This document shows, one piece after another, positions 42,531-52,590 of a stretch of DNA of 64,000 bases (positions are counted from its first letter, which is position 1; each line of letters starts with the position of its first letter). Source of the DNA: Thermostichus sp. DRC_bins_24 (lineage in GTDB: Bacteria; Cyanobacteriota; Cyanobacteriia; Thermostichales; Thermostichaceae); assembly GCA_039794845.1 (NCBI GenBank), contig JAUQVK010000067.1, positions 44,559 through 108,558 on the forward strand, in the 5' to 3' direction. The notes below the pieces were generated by a model, which was not told where the DNA came from, did not search any database, and worked only from the letters and a program-made list of their open reading frames with translations. The position numbers were made by a program, and so were the translations under genes.

Positions 42531-42742
42531 CGCTTTGCCTTGGCTGCGGCGCAACTATTTGAAACCATCTTTGCTTGCCCCAACACCCCACAAACCCGAT
42601 AATGTGTGCTTAACTTCGTTGACTGGCCGATAGACCCTGTTTCCTGTTCGCGGTGACCCACAGGTCGGACCGGGGTTGACGGAGGCTATTCCAAGTTGCC
42701 GTGCCCGAGTGCGCACCCATTCACCATTCAGGAGGGGGATCC

Positions 42743-43684
42743 GTGGTTCAACGCCCAATCATTCTCGGCATTGTCGGCGATAGTGCTGCCGGAAAAACCA
42801 CCCTCACTCGCGGCATTGCTCAAGTGCTGGGGGAAGAGAATGTCACCGTTATCTGTACCGACGACTACCATCGCTACGACCGCAAGCAACGAGCCGAACT
42901 GGGGATCACGGCCCTGCATCCCGACTGTAACTATCTGGATATCATTCAGCAACACCTGACACTCTTACGTACCGGCCAGCCGATTCTCAAGCCGATTTAC
43001 AACCACAACACCGGCACCTTCGATCCTCCCGAATACATCAAGCCCAACTAATACGTGATCGTCGAAGGGCTACTGGGCTATTCCACCCGTGGCATGCGGG
43101 ACAGCTACGATGTCAAGGTTTATTTGGCCCCTCCGGAAGATCTGCGAGCCCTTTGGAAAATCAAGCGAGACACCCGCAAACGGGGATACACCGAAGAACA
43201 GGTGCGAGAAGAGCTGCGTAAGCGGGAACCCGATTCCGAGGCTTTTATTCGCCCGCAACGGCAATGGGCGGATGTGGTGGTCAGCTTTTACCCACCCCAG
43301 GAGGGATCCAACCAGGACGAGCTATTGCTGAACGTGCGCCTGGTGCTGCGCCCCACCATTCCTCACCCCGACTTCTGGCAAATTCTCAATGCCCGCAACG
43401 GTCAACTCGGATCCGCCATCCGCCTGGATCTGGACCGGGATATGGGCAAGCCTGTGGATGTGTTGGGAATCGATGGCCACGCCACGGCAAGCCAGGTGGT
43501 GGAACTGGAGCGGCTGCTTTGCAATGAAATCCCCTATTTGGGCAAGTTCTGCAACCTGGATACCAACCCCAGCATCGGTAAGTTGATCGGCACCACAGGC
43601 GAGTTGCTACAGAGTTATCCCTTGGCCTTGACCCAGTTGTTGATTACCTATCACATGTTAAAGGCAGCGAATATTTACCAGTAG
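42743..43684 (+). pseudogene. prk: Phosphoribulokinase-family gene with one in-frame TAA at 43049-43051
   Basis: GGAGG RBS plus GTG; GDSAAGKTT, DDYHRYDRKQR, KPIYNH; EYIKPN*YVIVEGLL; WKIKRD..RGY; both halves in the same frame. Confidence 0.85.
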
Positions 43685-43767
43685 CCTGGAGTCCTTTGCA
43701 AGCGGTCTGAGAAAGCCCAAAAAGCATAGCTGATAATAGAAGGAGCCCTTCTGGATGCGGTGCTCCT

Positions 43768-45120
43768 ATGGCCAGCCCTCTGATTTCCCCCGACAACCTG
43801 CTGGATCTCTGCGAACAGGGTGTGCACAAGGCCTTGGCAGCAGGAGCCGACCAAGCGGAAGTGTTTGCCAACTCCGGTCGGGAAACCGAGGTCACCTTCG
43901 AGAAAAACGACCTCAATTTGGCCCGCACCGGCAGCGAGACCCTCTTCGGCATTCGCGTCTTTTGCAGGGGCAGGCTGGGGTTTGCCACTTCCAATCGCCC
44001 GGAAGACCTGGCGGACATCGCCGCAGAAGCCGTAGCCTTGGCCAAAGCCTCGCCGGCGGATCCCCTGAATGGGCTGCCGGAGCCACAACCGTTGCCCTCC
44101 GTGGCCTTTCCGCTGGATGCCGGTTTGCTGGAACTGGATGCTGCCACCCTCACCCAACTGGGATCCCAACTGCTGGAGCGGGTGCGTGCCCAAGATAGCC
44201 GCATTACCATCGACAGTGGTTCCATCAGCGTTGAGGAAGATACCCTGGCCATCGCCTCCTCCACCGGGATCCGCGCTAACTACCACAGCGTCGAGGGGGG
44301 GGGATCCCTGTTTGGTATGGCCATTGACGGGGAAGAGGTGGGGAGCTTTGCCTACGATGGCGACAGTGTGCAAACGCGGGCCGAGCTGATCCCGGCACTG
44401 GAGCGCGCCTTTGACCGCTTTGTCAACAAATGTGTGGGGGCGTTGGGGGCCACCCAGGGAGAGAGCTTTCGCGGCACCATTTTGCTCCCGCCCGATTCGG
44501 TGGAGGAGCTACTCGGGGATCTGATCGCCGTTTTGGGGGCCGATGCGGTGCGCAAGGGCAAAAGCCCCTTGGCCCAAAAAATGGGATCCCTGATCGCCAG
44601 CCCGCTACTGACGGTGGTTTCGGAAGGATTGGGTCTGCCCGGCCATTCCCTTGAGCCCTTTGACCGGGAAGGGATCCCTCGCCAAATCACCCCCTTGGTG
44701 AATGAGGGCATCCTCTGCAACTTCATGTACAACAGCTACGAATCTCGCGCTGCGGGGATCCCGTCCAATGGTCATGCCACGGGGGGAGCCGGTAGCTTGC
44801 CCGGGGTAGGGCCGGCCTGTTTGAGTGTGGCACCGGGCCAAACGCCCCTTGCTGAGTTGTACGCTGTGGAGCGGGGTATTATCGTCACCCGCCTGTCGGG
44901 CAGCAGCAACCCGATTACCGGCGACTTTTCTGGAGTGGTAAAGGGTGGTTTTCTGGTGAAAGGCGGAGAAAAACGCCCGATTTTGGAAACCACAATCGCC
45001 GGTAATCTCTACGACTGTTTGCGGAATATCTCGGCGATTTCACAAGAAGTGACCATTTTTAATGGCAGCACTGCTTTTCCGGCTTTGCGCATTGAGGATG
45101 TTTCAGTAACCGCAGGCTAA
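43768..45120 (+). CDS. TldD/PmbA family protein (PmbA/TldE-like)
   Basis: GIRVF..GRLGFA, PFDREG, NPITGDFSG, TIAGNLYD; no HExxxH. Confidence 0.88.
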   Translation: MASPLISPDNLLDLCEQGVHKALAAGADQAEVFANSGRETEVTFEKNDLNLARTGSETLFGIRVFCRGRLGFATSNRPEDLADIAAEAVALAKASPADPLNGLPEPQPLPSVAFPLDAGLLELDAATLTQLGSQLLERVRAQDSRITIDSGSISVEEDTLAIASSTGIRANYHSVEGGGSLFGMAIDGEEVGSFAYDGDSVQTRAELIPALERAFDRFVNKCVGALGATQGESFRGTILLPPDSVEELLGDLIAVLGADAVRKGKSPLAQKMGSLIASPLLTVVSEGLGLPGHSLEPFDREGIPRQITPLVNEGILCNFMYNSYESRAAGIPSNGHATGGAGSLPGVGPACLSVAPGQTPLAELYAVERGIIVTRLSGSSNPITGDFSGVVKGGFLVKGGEKRPILETTIAGNLYDCLRNISAISQEVTIFNGSTAFPALRIEDVSVTAG

Positions 45121-45276
45121 AACCCGTTCCCATCCTCGTTTAGCCTCCGGCCATTTCTGCTCAAGACTGTAACAAACTTGTTCATCTTGACCGGCTACGA
45201 TCCCCAAGCGGAGGGGCCAAAGAGCCTCACCTGGGTATCATGGGGGCGACGAACGAGACAGTAACCCTGACGGTTC

Positions 45277-47280
45277 GTGACCATGCACTTGACAGCAGAG
45301 GGATCCATGTTGCAGAGCAACGCTCACACGACCATGTGGCCAGCAGAAGGTCGGCAACGCGCCATCATTGAGTCGGTTGCACCGGAAATTGACGGCGGAC
45401 GCTATGCCATTAAACGTACCGTAGGCGAATACGTGGTGGTGGAGGCGGATATTTTCGGGGATGGCCACGACCAGCTATCGGCGGTGCTTTGTTTTCGGGA
45501 GGCAGGCTCAGACACCTGGCAAGAGCTGTTGATGGAGCCGCTGGGCAACGATCGCTGGCGGGGACAATTTCAAGTGAGCCAGCTGGGACAAGCCCACTAC
45601 ACAATTCGGGCCTGGGTAGATCACTTCAAAACCTGGCAGCAGGATCTGCACAAGCGGGTCGAGGCTGGACAAGAGGTCTCAGTAGAACTGTTGATCGGGG
45701 TGGAGTTGATCGAGAGAGCGGCCCAACTGCATCGGGGCGATGTTCAAGACAAGCTGCGCAGCTATGCCCAGACACTGCGAGAGGGGGGAGATGGGGCCTT
45801 AGAGACGGCCCTTTCCACCAACTTGGGAGACCTGATGCAGGTTTACGGCGAGCGCCCCTTCGTCACCACCTATCCCGAACGGCGGGTTTGGGTGGATCCG
45901 GTGAAGGCTCGATTTAGCGCCTGGTATGAGCTGTTTCCCCGCTCCTGCGGCCCCGATGAACATACCCACGGCACCTTTCAAGATGTAATCGCCCGCCTGC
46001 CCATGATCGCGGAGATGGGGTTCGATATTCTCTACTTACCGCCCATACACCCGATTGGGCTGGCCTTCCGCAAGGGCAAAAACAACTCCTTGACACCGGA
46101 ACCCGGAGATACCGGATCCCCGTGGGCGATCGGCGGGCCGGAAGGAGGGCACAAGGCCATTCACCCCCAGCTGGGATCCCTGGCGGATTTTCATGCGCTG
46201 GTGGCCAAGGCCAAAACATTCGATATCGATATCGCCCTGGATATTGCCTTTCAATGCTCTCCAGATCATCCCTACGTGAAGGAGCATCCCGAATGGTTCA
46301 AAAAACGTCCCGATGGCACCATTCAATATGCCGAGAATCCGCCCAAAAAGTATCAGGATATTTACCCTCTCAACTTTGAGACGGAGGATTGGCAGGCTCT
46401 CTGGAAAGAGCTGAAAAGTGTCATCCAATACTGGATTGACCAAGGGGTGACCATCTTTCGGGTGGACAACCCCCACACCAAGGCTTTTGGCTTCTGGGAA
46501 TGGTGCATCGGCGAGATCAAAGCCCAGCACCCCGAGGTGATCTTTTTGTCAGAGGCCTTTACCCGCCCGAAACTGATGAAATCTTTGGCCAAGTTGGGCT
46601 TTACCCAGTCCTACACCTATTTCACCTGGCGCAACGACAAGTGGGGCCTGACGGAGTATTTCACCGAGCTCACCCAAACCCCGATGCGGGAGTATTACCG
46701 CCCCAACCCCTGGCCCAATACGCCTGATATTTTGCACGAGTTCTTGCAAACCGGGGGCCGCCCTGCCTTTATGTTGCGCTTTATTTTGGCCGCCACGCTG
46801 GGATCCAACTACGGCATTTATGGCCCCGCTTTTGAGCTGTGTGAAGGGCGTCCGGTGCGCAAAGGCAGCGAGGAATATCTCGATTCCGAGAAATATCAAA
46901 TCCGCCACTGGGATCTGGATGCGCCGGATAACTTGCGGCCCTTGATCACCGCGGTTAACCAGATTCGTCGGCAAAATCCGGCCCTACAAAGCGATTGGAG
47001 CTTGGTGTTTCACCCCACCGACAATGACACGCTCATTTGCTACTCCAAGCGCACCTTTAATGGGGATAATCGCATTTTGGTGGCCGTCAATTTGGATCCC
47101 TTTCACATTCAATCGGGTTGGGTGAACCTGAACCTAGCAGCTCTGGATTTGGAGCACTGGCAAACCTTCGGGCTGACGGATCTGCTGGATGGTCGCCACT
47201 ACACATGGCAGGGATCCAGCAACTACATCAAATTGGATCCCTGGACCATGCCCGCCCACATTTTCCGGCTGGAGAGCTGA
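45277..47280 (+). CDS. glgE: Alpha-1,4-glucan:maltose-1-phosphate maltosyltransferase
   Basis: WYELFPRS, LPPIHPIG..RKGKNN, YAENPPKKYQDIYP, FRVDNPHTK, FLSEAFTRP, NTPDIL; exact start uncertain. Confidence 0.95.
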   Translation: MTMHLTAEGSMLQSNAHTTMWPAEGRQRAIIESVAPEIDGGRYAIKRTVGEYVVVEADIFGDGHDQLSAVLCFREAGSDTWQELLMEPLGNDRWRGQFQVSQLGQAHYTIRAWVDHFKTWQQDLHKRVEAGQEVSVELLIGVELIERAAQLHRGDVQDKLRSYAQTLREGGDGALETALSTNLGDLMQVYGERPFVTTYPERRVWVDPVKARFSAWYELFPRSCGPDEHTHGTFQDVIARLPMIAEMGFDILYLPPIHPIGLAFRKGKNNSLTPEPGDTGSPWAIGGPEGGHKAIHPQLGSLADFHALVAKAKTFDIDIALDIAFQCSPDHPYVKEHPEWFKKRPDGTIQYAENPPKKYQDIYPLNFETEDWQALWKELKSVIQYWIDQGVTIFRVDNPHTKAFGFWEWCIGEIKAQHPEVIFLSEAFTRPKLMKSLAKLGFTQSYTYFTWRNDKWGLTEYFTELTQTPMREYYRPNPWPNTPDILHEFLQTGGRPAFMLRFILAATLGSNYGIYGPAFELCEGRPVRKGSEEYLDSEKYQIRHWDLDAPDNLRPLITAVNQIRRQNPALQSDWSLVFHPTDNDTLICYSKRTFNGDNRILVAVNLDPFHIQSGWVNLNLAALDLEHWQTFGLTDLLDGRHYTWQGSSNYIKLDPWTMPAHIFRLES

Positions 47281-47372
47281 GTGCCTGTTGTATTGGGGAT
47301 CCCGACAAAATCCGCTGCCGCCAGATGGTAGTAAAGCCGGGGCTGGGTCAGCCCCACAGAGGTGATGGGGTG

Positions 47373-47747
47373 CTAACGAGCGGAAGGGGCGGGAGAGAAG
47401 TTGGCAATGCCGGTCTGGAGATCGCTAAAACAAGTCAACACCTTTTCCATGGAGGTGAGGTTGAGCACCAGGGCAACACTTTCGGGCACACTGCAGAGGC
47501 TGAGGTTGCCTCCAGCAGCACGACACTTGCGCAAGGCCGAGATCAACACCCCCAACCCAGAGCTATCCATGAAGGTGACCGACGACATATCGATCAACAA
47601 GTTGGGATAACCAAAATCCAAGACTTGCTGCAGCAGCTGCCGGGCATCCGAAGCGGCTTTGGCATCGAAACGCCCCTCCAAGGGAACCACTGCCAGCTTT
47701 TGCCCCTGAGGAGTTTCGGCAGTACGAATGCGCGGCTTGAAATCCAT
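47373..47747 (-). CDS. STAS-domain anti-sigma factor antagonist
   Basis: LEGRFDA, IDMSSVTFMDSSGLGVLI. Confidence 0.92.
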   Translation of the reverse strand: MDFKPRIRTAETPQGQKLAVVPLEGRFDAKAASDARQLLQQVLDFGYPNLLIDMSSVTFMDSSGLGVLISALRKCRAAGGNLSLCSVPESVALVLNLTSMEKVLTCFSDLQTGIANFSPAPSAR

Positions 47748-47854
47748 CGTCTCCAACGAACTCAGCGAAAACCTTATGACCCACCTTAACACCCCCCACT
47801 GCCCCTCACCAGCAGGTTTCCCAGGAGGTGTCCCAGAAGCCGGTAGCGTTTGGT

Positions 47855-48799
47855 CTAGAGCATCGGCTCTAGCGTCAAGGCTTCTGTCCCCAGGTTGGGC
47901 AGAGAAACGTGCAGACGGGGACGATGCATGTACAGCAACTGAGCCAGGCGCTTGCGCAACTCCGTTCGGGGCACAATCGCATCGATGAGGCCGTGGGCCA
48001 GCAAATATTCAGCGGTTTGAAACCCTTCCGGCAGCTTGCCCTTGCCGATGGTTTGCTCGATCACATTCGGCCCCGCAAATCCCACCTGTACCCCCGGCTC
48101 CGCCAAAATCAAATCGCCCAGCATGGCAAAGCTGGCGGTTACGCCCCCATAGGTAGGCTGGGTGAGCACCGAGATGAACAGCTGTCCGGCATCGCGGTGT
48201 CGCTGCAATGCCGCCGAGGTTTTGGCCATCTGCATCAGGCTAAGGATCCCTTCCTGCATGCGAGCCCCTCCGGAAGCGGAGAAAATCACCAGAGGCAGAT
48301 GATCGCGGGTGGCACGTTCGGTGAGGCGGGCAATTTTTTCCCCCACCACCGATCCCATGCTGCCGCCCATAAAGCGAAAATCCATCACCCCTACGGCCAA
48401 CGGGATCCCATCCAGGTTGCCCAAACCCGTCAAGACGGCGTCTCTCAGCTGGGTGCGCTCTTGGTAGGCGATGATGCGCTCAGAGTAAGGTTTTTGGTCG
48501 AAAAAACGGAGGGGATCCGCCGGAGCGAGATGATCGTTGAGGGGTTGCCAGGAGCCGGCATCGAGAAGCTGCTCCAGCCGTTCCGGAGCGGTGATGCGCT
48601 GGTGATGGCCACAATTGGGGCAGACTTGCAGATTTTGGTGCAGGTCTTTGGTGTAGGTAAGGGTGTCACAGGCCGGACATTTTTGCCAGAGGCCATCGGC
48701 AATCTCCCGCACCTGACGCTCTTTGTCGAAGGGGCTGCTGCCGGTCAGGTTGAGAGAGGTCTCTTTGCGGCGCTCCGCAAACCAATCCAGTAAAGACAT
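47855..48799 (-). CDS. accD: Acetyl-CoA carboxylase carboxyltransferase beta subunit
   Basis: MSLLDWFA, C4 zinc finger, [30 protein letters not shown]. Confidence 0.97.
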   Translation of the reverse strand: MSLLDWFAERRKETSLNLTGSSPFDKERQVREIADGLWQKCPACDTLTYTKDLHQNLQVCPNCGHHQRITAPERLEQLLDAGSWQPLNDHLAPADPLRFFDQKPYSERIIAYQERTQLRDAVLTGLGNLDGIPLAVGVMDFRFMGGSMGSVVGEKIARLTERATRDHLPLVIFSASGGARMQEGILSLMQMAKTSAALQRHRDAGQLFISVLTQPTYGGVTASFAMLGDLILAEPGVQVGFAGPNVIEQTIGKGKLPEGFQTAEYLLAHGLIDAIVPRTELRKRLAQLLYMHRPRLHVSLPNLGTEALTLEPML

Positions 48800-48925
48800 A
48801 GCTGCTGAGAGATCTCCTCCCTCGAATAGGGATGGTGAGAACCAGATGAGAGGGCCTGCAGGTGATCTGCGAAACACATCTCAATGTTCTCAAGCTATCA
48901 AAGAATCGCCAAACTGAAAATAAGC

Positions 48926-49819
48926 ATGAACAGAGAGGGACAGGTGGTAACCCATGGGGCCCAGTGGCCATTGTTGACGACGGGAGATGGCTCTCTGACC
49001 TTTTTCTCGCAGGAGTTTGGGCAGGCGTTTCACAACCTCAGTGGTGCGGCCCAGGAAGCCTTGGAGAAATTTGTCCGCCCCTGCCGTCTGGATCGGCTGC
49101 CGTTGGAACGGGATCCCCTGCAACCGATTCACCTTCTGGATATTTGCTTTGGCCTCGGGTACAACTCCGGCATGGCCTTGGAAACCATCTGGCAGATCAA
49201 GGCCGATCATCCGGTGCAGGTGTTCGGTCTGGAGCGCTCCCCGGAGATACCCCGACAGGCTTGGCAAGTGGGGGTGGGATCCCACTGGAGCTTTGGGCAA
49301 GAGTGGCAGCAGTGGATCGAGCAGGGATCCTGGCGGTCGCAGCGCTGGCAGGGGGAGCTGTTGTGGGGGGATGCCCGCCAAACTCTGCTGCAGGTACCGC
49401 TGGGATGGGCGGATGCGGTGTTTTTGGATCCCTTTTCTCCCTCTGTTTGTCCGGAGCTGTGGACGGTGGATTTCCTGCGGGCTGTCGCAGAACGGATGCG
49501 CCCTGAAGGTCTTTTGGCCACCTACTCCTGTGCCGCTTCGGTGCGGGCGGCTTTACAAGAGGCAGGGCTATCCATCGGCTCTACCCCCCCTTTGGGTCGT
49601 CCTTGGCCGGGAACGGTGGCCTCCCCCCAGCCTCAGCACCTCCCCCCCCTTTCACCCATGGAGTGGGAACACCTGAAAACCCGCGCCGCTGTGCCCTATC
49701 GGGATCCGACGTTGCGGGCAGACCGGGCTGAAATTCGGCTGCGACGCCAACAAGAACAGCAGGGATCCCCTTTGGAACCCACCTCCGCCTGGAAACGCCG
49801 CTGGCCCGTGCAGGCTTAG
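48926..49819 (+). CDS. MnmC-family (MnmD) SAM-dependent methyltransferase
   Basis: TGDGSLTFFS, LDICFGLGYN, FLDPFSP..PELWT, ATYS. Confidence 0.88.
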   Translation: MNREGQVVTHGAQWPLLTTGDGSLTFFSQEFGQAFHNLSGAAQEALEKFVRPCRLDRLPLERDPLQPIHLLDICFGLGYNSGMALETIWQIKADHPVQVFGLERSPEIPRQAWQVGVGSHWSFGQEWQQWIEQGSWRSQRWQGELLWGDARQTLLQVPLGWADAVFLDPFSPSVCPELWTVDFLRAVAERMRPEGLLATYSCAASVRAALQEAGLSIGSTPPLGRPWPGTVASPQPQHLPPLSPMEWEHLKTRAAVPYRDPTLRADRAEIRLRRQQEQQGSPLEPTSAWKRRWPVQA

Positions 49820-49926
49820 AAGAGGGATCCCCTGCAAAAGCCGGTATCCAGAACACGTCCCCCTTTCCCGTACCCTTACGCAAGCGATACTCCCTTCACA
49901 AAGTTAAGATGAACTGAAGCTTTTTC

Positions 49927-50544
49927 GTGATGACCGCTATGTCTTCTTCGGCCCCTGCCTCCACTTTGGTCGCCCTCTGTGCTGAGCAGCATCGAGTCAT
50001 CCTGCGGCTCTTGACCCGTTTGTCTCAGGCGGCCGACTTGGATCTGGGCCAACGGCGCACCTATGCCCAAAAACTGCGGCAACGTCTCTCCCGCCACATT
50101 CAACTGGAGCGTCATGCTTTCTACCCCCTGCTCAGGCCAGCCCTCAAGGGGGCTCCCCACCTGAGCATCCAGTTGGATCAGCTGGATCAGTCGGAGCAGC
50201 GGTTGCGGGATCTGCTTCCGGATTTGACCCGCTTTTTACACCAAGCCGAGCGGGCTCCACAGCAGTTGGATGCGGCTGCGGCCCTCTACTTTCGTCGGCA
50301 GTTGCAGGCCCAGTTTGAGCAGGAGGAGCAGGTTCTGCACCCGCTGTTCGCCGATCACGTCTCTCCCGAAGCCGAGCAGCAGCAGTTGCGCCTTTTCCAC
50401 AAGCGCCTGCAAGCAACGGTTGCTCCCCAGGCATCTGCGCGCAATCGTCGTCCCAGCCTAGAGGAGTTGGAACGACAAGCGGTAACCCGCCCGGTTTTGC
50501 CCAACGAGCGTCTTTGGAACACGGTACAGTTGGTCAGCTCCTAG
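49927..50544 (+). CDS. Hemerythrin/HHE-like helical domain protein
   Basis: EQHRVI, RHIQLERHAFYPLL, EQEEQVLHPL. Confidence 0.65.
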   Translation: MMTAMSSSAPASTLVALCAEQHRVILRLLTRLSQAADLDLGQRRTYAQKLRQRLSRHIQLERHAFYPLLRPALKGAPHLSIQLDQLDQSEQRLRDLLPDLTRFLHQAERAPQQLDAAAALYFRRQLQAQFEQEEQVLHPLFADHVSPEAEQQQLRLFHKRLQATVAPQASARNRRPSLEELERQAVTRPVLPNERLWNTVQLVSS

Positions 50545-50650
50545 CTGCGGTAGCCTTGTGTTTTGGAACCGTGTCTGTTAAGTTCAGGCTGGCTTTCACG
50601 AGCCAGTTTTTTGTATCTGTTTTGGTTGCCCCCGCCTCAGGCTTGAAGCA

Positions 50651-50863
50651 ATGGAAAGTTTGGATCCCGAAGCTTACGTTGACCAGGTGGCGAAAGCGCT
50701 GCAACTGCCCCTGCACCCCGACCATCGCACCGGGGTGATCGAAAATTTCGCCCGCATTTTGCCCATTGCCCAACTGGTGCTGGAATTCCCTTTGCCCCAA
50801 ACGGTGGAACCTGCCCCGACTTTTAGCCCCCTTCCCGCTGCCAGGACGGAGCCCCTGCCATGA
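50651..50863 (+). CDS. DUF4089 / AtzG-like small amidase subunit
   Basis: YVDQVAKALQLPL, GVIENFARI, EFPL..EPAPTF; ATGA overlap with the amidase. Confidence 0.85.
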   Translation: MESLDPEAYVDQVAKALQLPLHPDHRTGVIENFARILPIAQLVLEFPLPQTVEPAPTFSPLPAARTEPLP

Positions 50864-52260
50864 CCTCGGATCCCCATTTTCTCGGCAGCGCCGACGCGGC
50901 CTCCATTGCCTCTGCTGTACGTCAGGGAGAAATTAGCGCCCAAGCGGTAGTGGCGGCCAGCCTTGAGCGGATCCAAGAACGGGATGGGGCCTTGAATGCC
51001 TTCACGGAGATTCTGAAAGACTCGGCCCTAGAGGCGGCGGAAAAGGTGGATCAACAGGTGGCGCAAGGGATCCCGGTGGGCCCTTTGGCAGGGGTGCCCT
51101 TCGCGGTCAAAAACCTGTTTGACGTGGCCGGCCTCACCACCCTGGCGGGCTCTGTGATTAACCGGGAGAATCCTCCCGCCCGAATGGATGCAACGGTGGT
51201 AGCCCGACTGAAACAGGCCGGGGCGATCCTGGTGGGCACGCTCAATATGGATGAGTACGCCTATGGCTTTGTTACCGAAAACAGCCACTACGGCCCCACC
51301 CACAATCCCCACGATCTCAGCCGTGTCGCTGGGGGATCCTCCGGTGGATCGGCAGCAGCAGTAGCAGGTGGTTTGGTGCCTCTGACGCTGGGTAGCGATA
51401 CCAACGGCTCGATTCGGGTGCCGGCTTCTTTGTGCGGCATCTATGGCCTCAAGCCCACCTACGGTCGTCTGTCGCGGGCGGGGGTGGCTCTGTTTGCCAG
51501 CAGTTTTGACCATGTGGGCCCCTTTGCCCGCTCGGTAGCCGATATTGCCCTTAGCTTTGATGCCATGCAAGGGCCGGATCCCACGGATCCGGTTTGTACC
51601 CAACGCCCCGTGGATCCCACCGTTCCGCAATTGGGTCAGGGGATCGAAGGATTGCGCATTGCCGTGGCGGAAGATTACTTCGCCCGTGGTGCTGAACCCC
51701 ACATTCTTGCCGGAGTGGAAAAGATCGCCCAGGCCCTTGGGGCCAGCCAAACGATACGGATCCCGGAAGCGCATCGTGCCCGTGCTGCCGCCTACTTGAT
51801 CACGGCTGCCGAGGGAGCCAACCTGCACCTGCACAACTTGAAAACCCGACCTCAAGACTTTGACCCCGCCACTCGGGATCGCTTTTTGGCCGGTGCTTTG
51901 TTGCCGGCCGATTGGATCTTGCAAGCGCAACGCTTCCGCAGTTGGTACCGCCAGCAGGTACAGGCCCTCTTTCAAGAGATCGATCTGTTCATTGCCCCCA
52001 CCACCCCTTGCCCTGCCCCCCTGATCGGCCAGGAGAAAATGGTGATCGATGGGGTGGAAGTCCTGACTCGTCCCAATCTCGGTCTCTATACCCAGCCGCT
52101 ATCGTTCATTGGCCTGCCCGTACTTTCTGTGCCGCTGCGAGAATCGGGATCCCTGCCCTTTGGGGTGCAGTTGGTAGCTGCTCCCTATCAAGAAGCCACC
52201 TTACTGCGGGTGGCAGCCCACCTAGAATCGCTCGGGATCCTCAATGCCGAGCCGGCCTGA
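50860..52260 (+). CDS. AtzE-family amidase-signature hydrolase
   Basis: KNLFDVAG, NMDEYAYGF.TENSHYG, GGSSGGSAAAV, GSDTNGSIRVPAS. Confidence 0.9.
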   Translation: MTSDPHFLGSADAASIASAVRQGEISAQAVVAASLERIQERDGALNAFTEILKDSALEAAEKVDQQVAQGIPVGPLAGVPFAVKNLFDVAGLTTLAGSVINRENPPARMDATVVARLKQAGAILVGTLNMDEYAYGFVTENSHYGPTHNPHDLSRVAGGSSGGSAAAVAGGLVPLTLGSDTNGSIRVPASLCGIYGLKPTYGRLSRAGVALFASSFDHVGPFARSVADIALSFDAMQGPDPTDPVCTQRPVDPTVPQLGQGIEGLRIAVAEDYFARGAEPHILAGVEKIAQALGASQTIRIPEAHRARAAAYLITAAEGANLHLHNLKTRPQDFDPATRDRFLAGALLPADWILQAQRFRSWYRQQVQALFQEIDLFIAPTTPCPAPLIGQEKMVIDGVEVLTRPNLGLYTQPLSFIGLPVLSVPLRESGSLPFGVQLVAAPYQEATLLRVAAHLESLGILNAEPA

Positions 52261-52590
52261 GTAGGGATCCCTGTCCTAGCATTGTTGATCCACATCTAGT
52301 GTTGACATTTATCTTTGCTTATTTTACAGCACTAGATATACAGATTTCTCCAGGTTTGTGCCACGAAATTCTATTGCTCTTGAGGGCAGCTTCCATCTCT
52401 TTTGGATCGGTTGTATCGGTTGAAACCCTCTCTGGGCAGGATCTCCATCCTTTTGTTCCCAAGTGAGATCGAAGCTCTGATATTAAAGGAAACTTAAGTC
52501 TAAGGTTGTTGTATCCGATGCCCCCTTTTAGAGGTCAGGTCGATAGAATGAACGGCATAAAATAAACACAGCATCCCCCAGACTCTATCT

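Noticed and set aside
43049..43051. Programmed stop-codon recoding (selenocysteine or pyrrolysine) in prk
   Set aside because: The codon is TAA, not TGA or TAG, and other genes in the window end at TAA normally.
52480..52510. Pho box or NtcA sites in promoter regions (also checked near 45170 and 50610)
   Set aside because: Only partial matches; no convincing PyTTAAPyPy triple repeat or GTA-N8-TAC.
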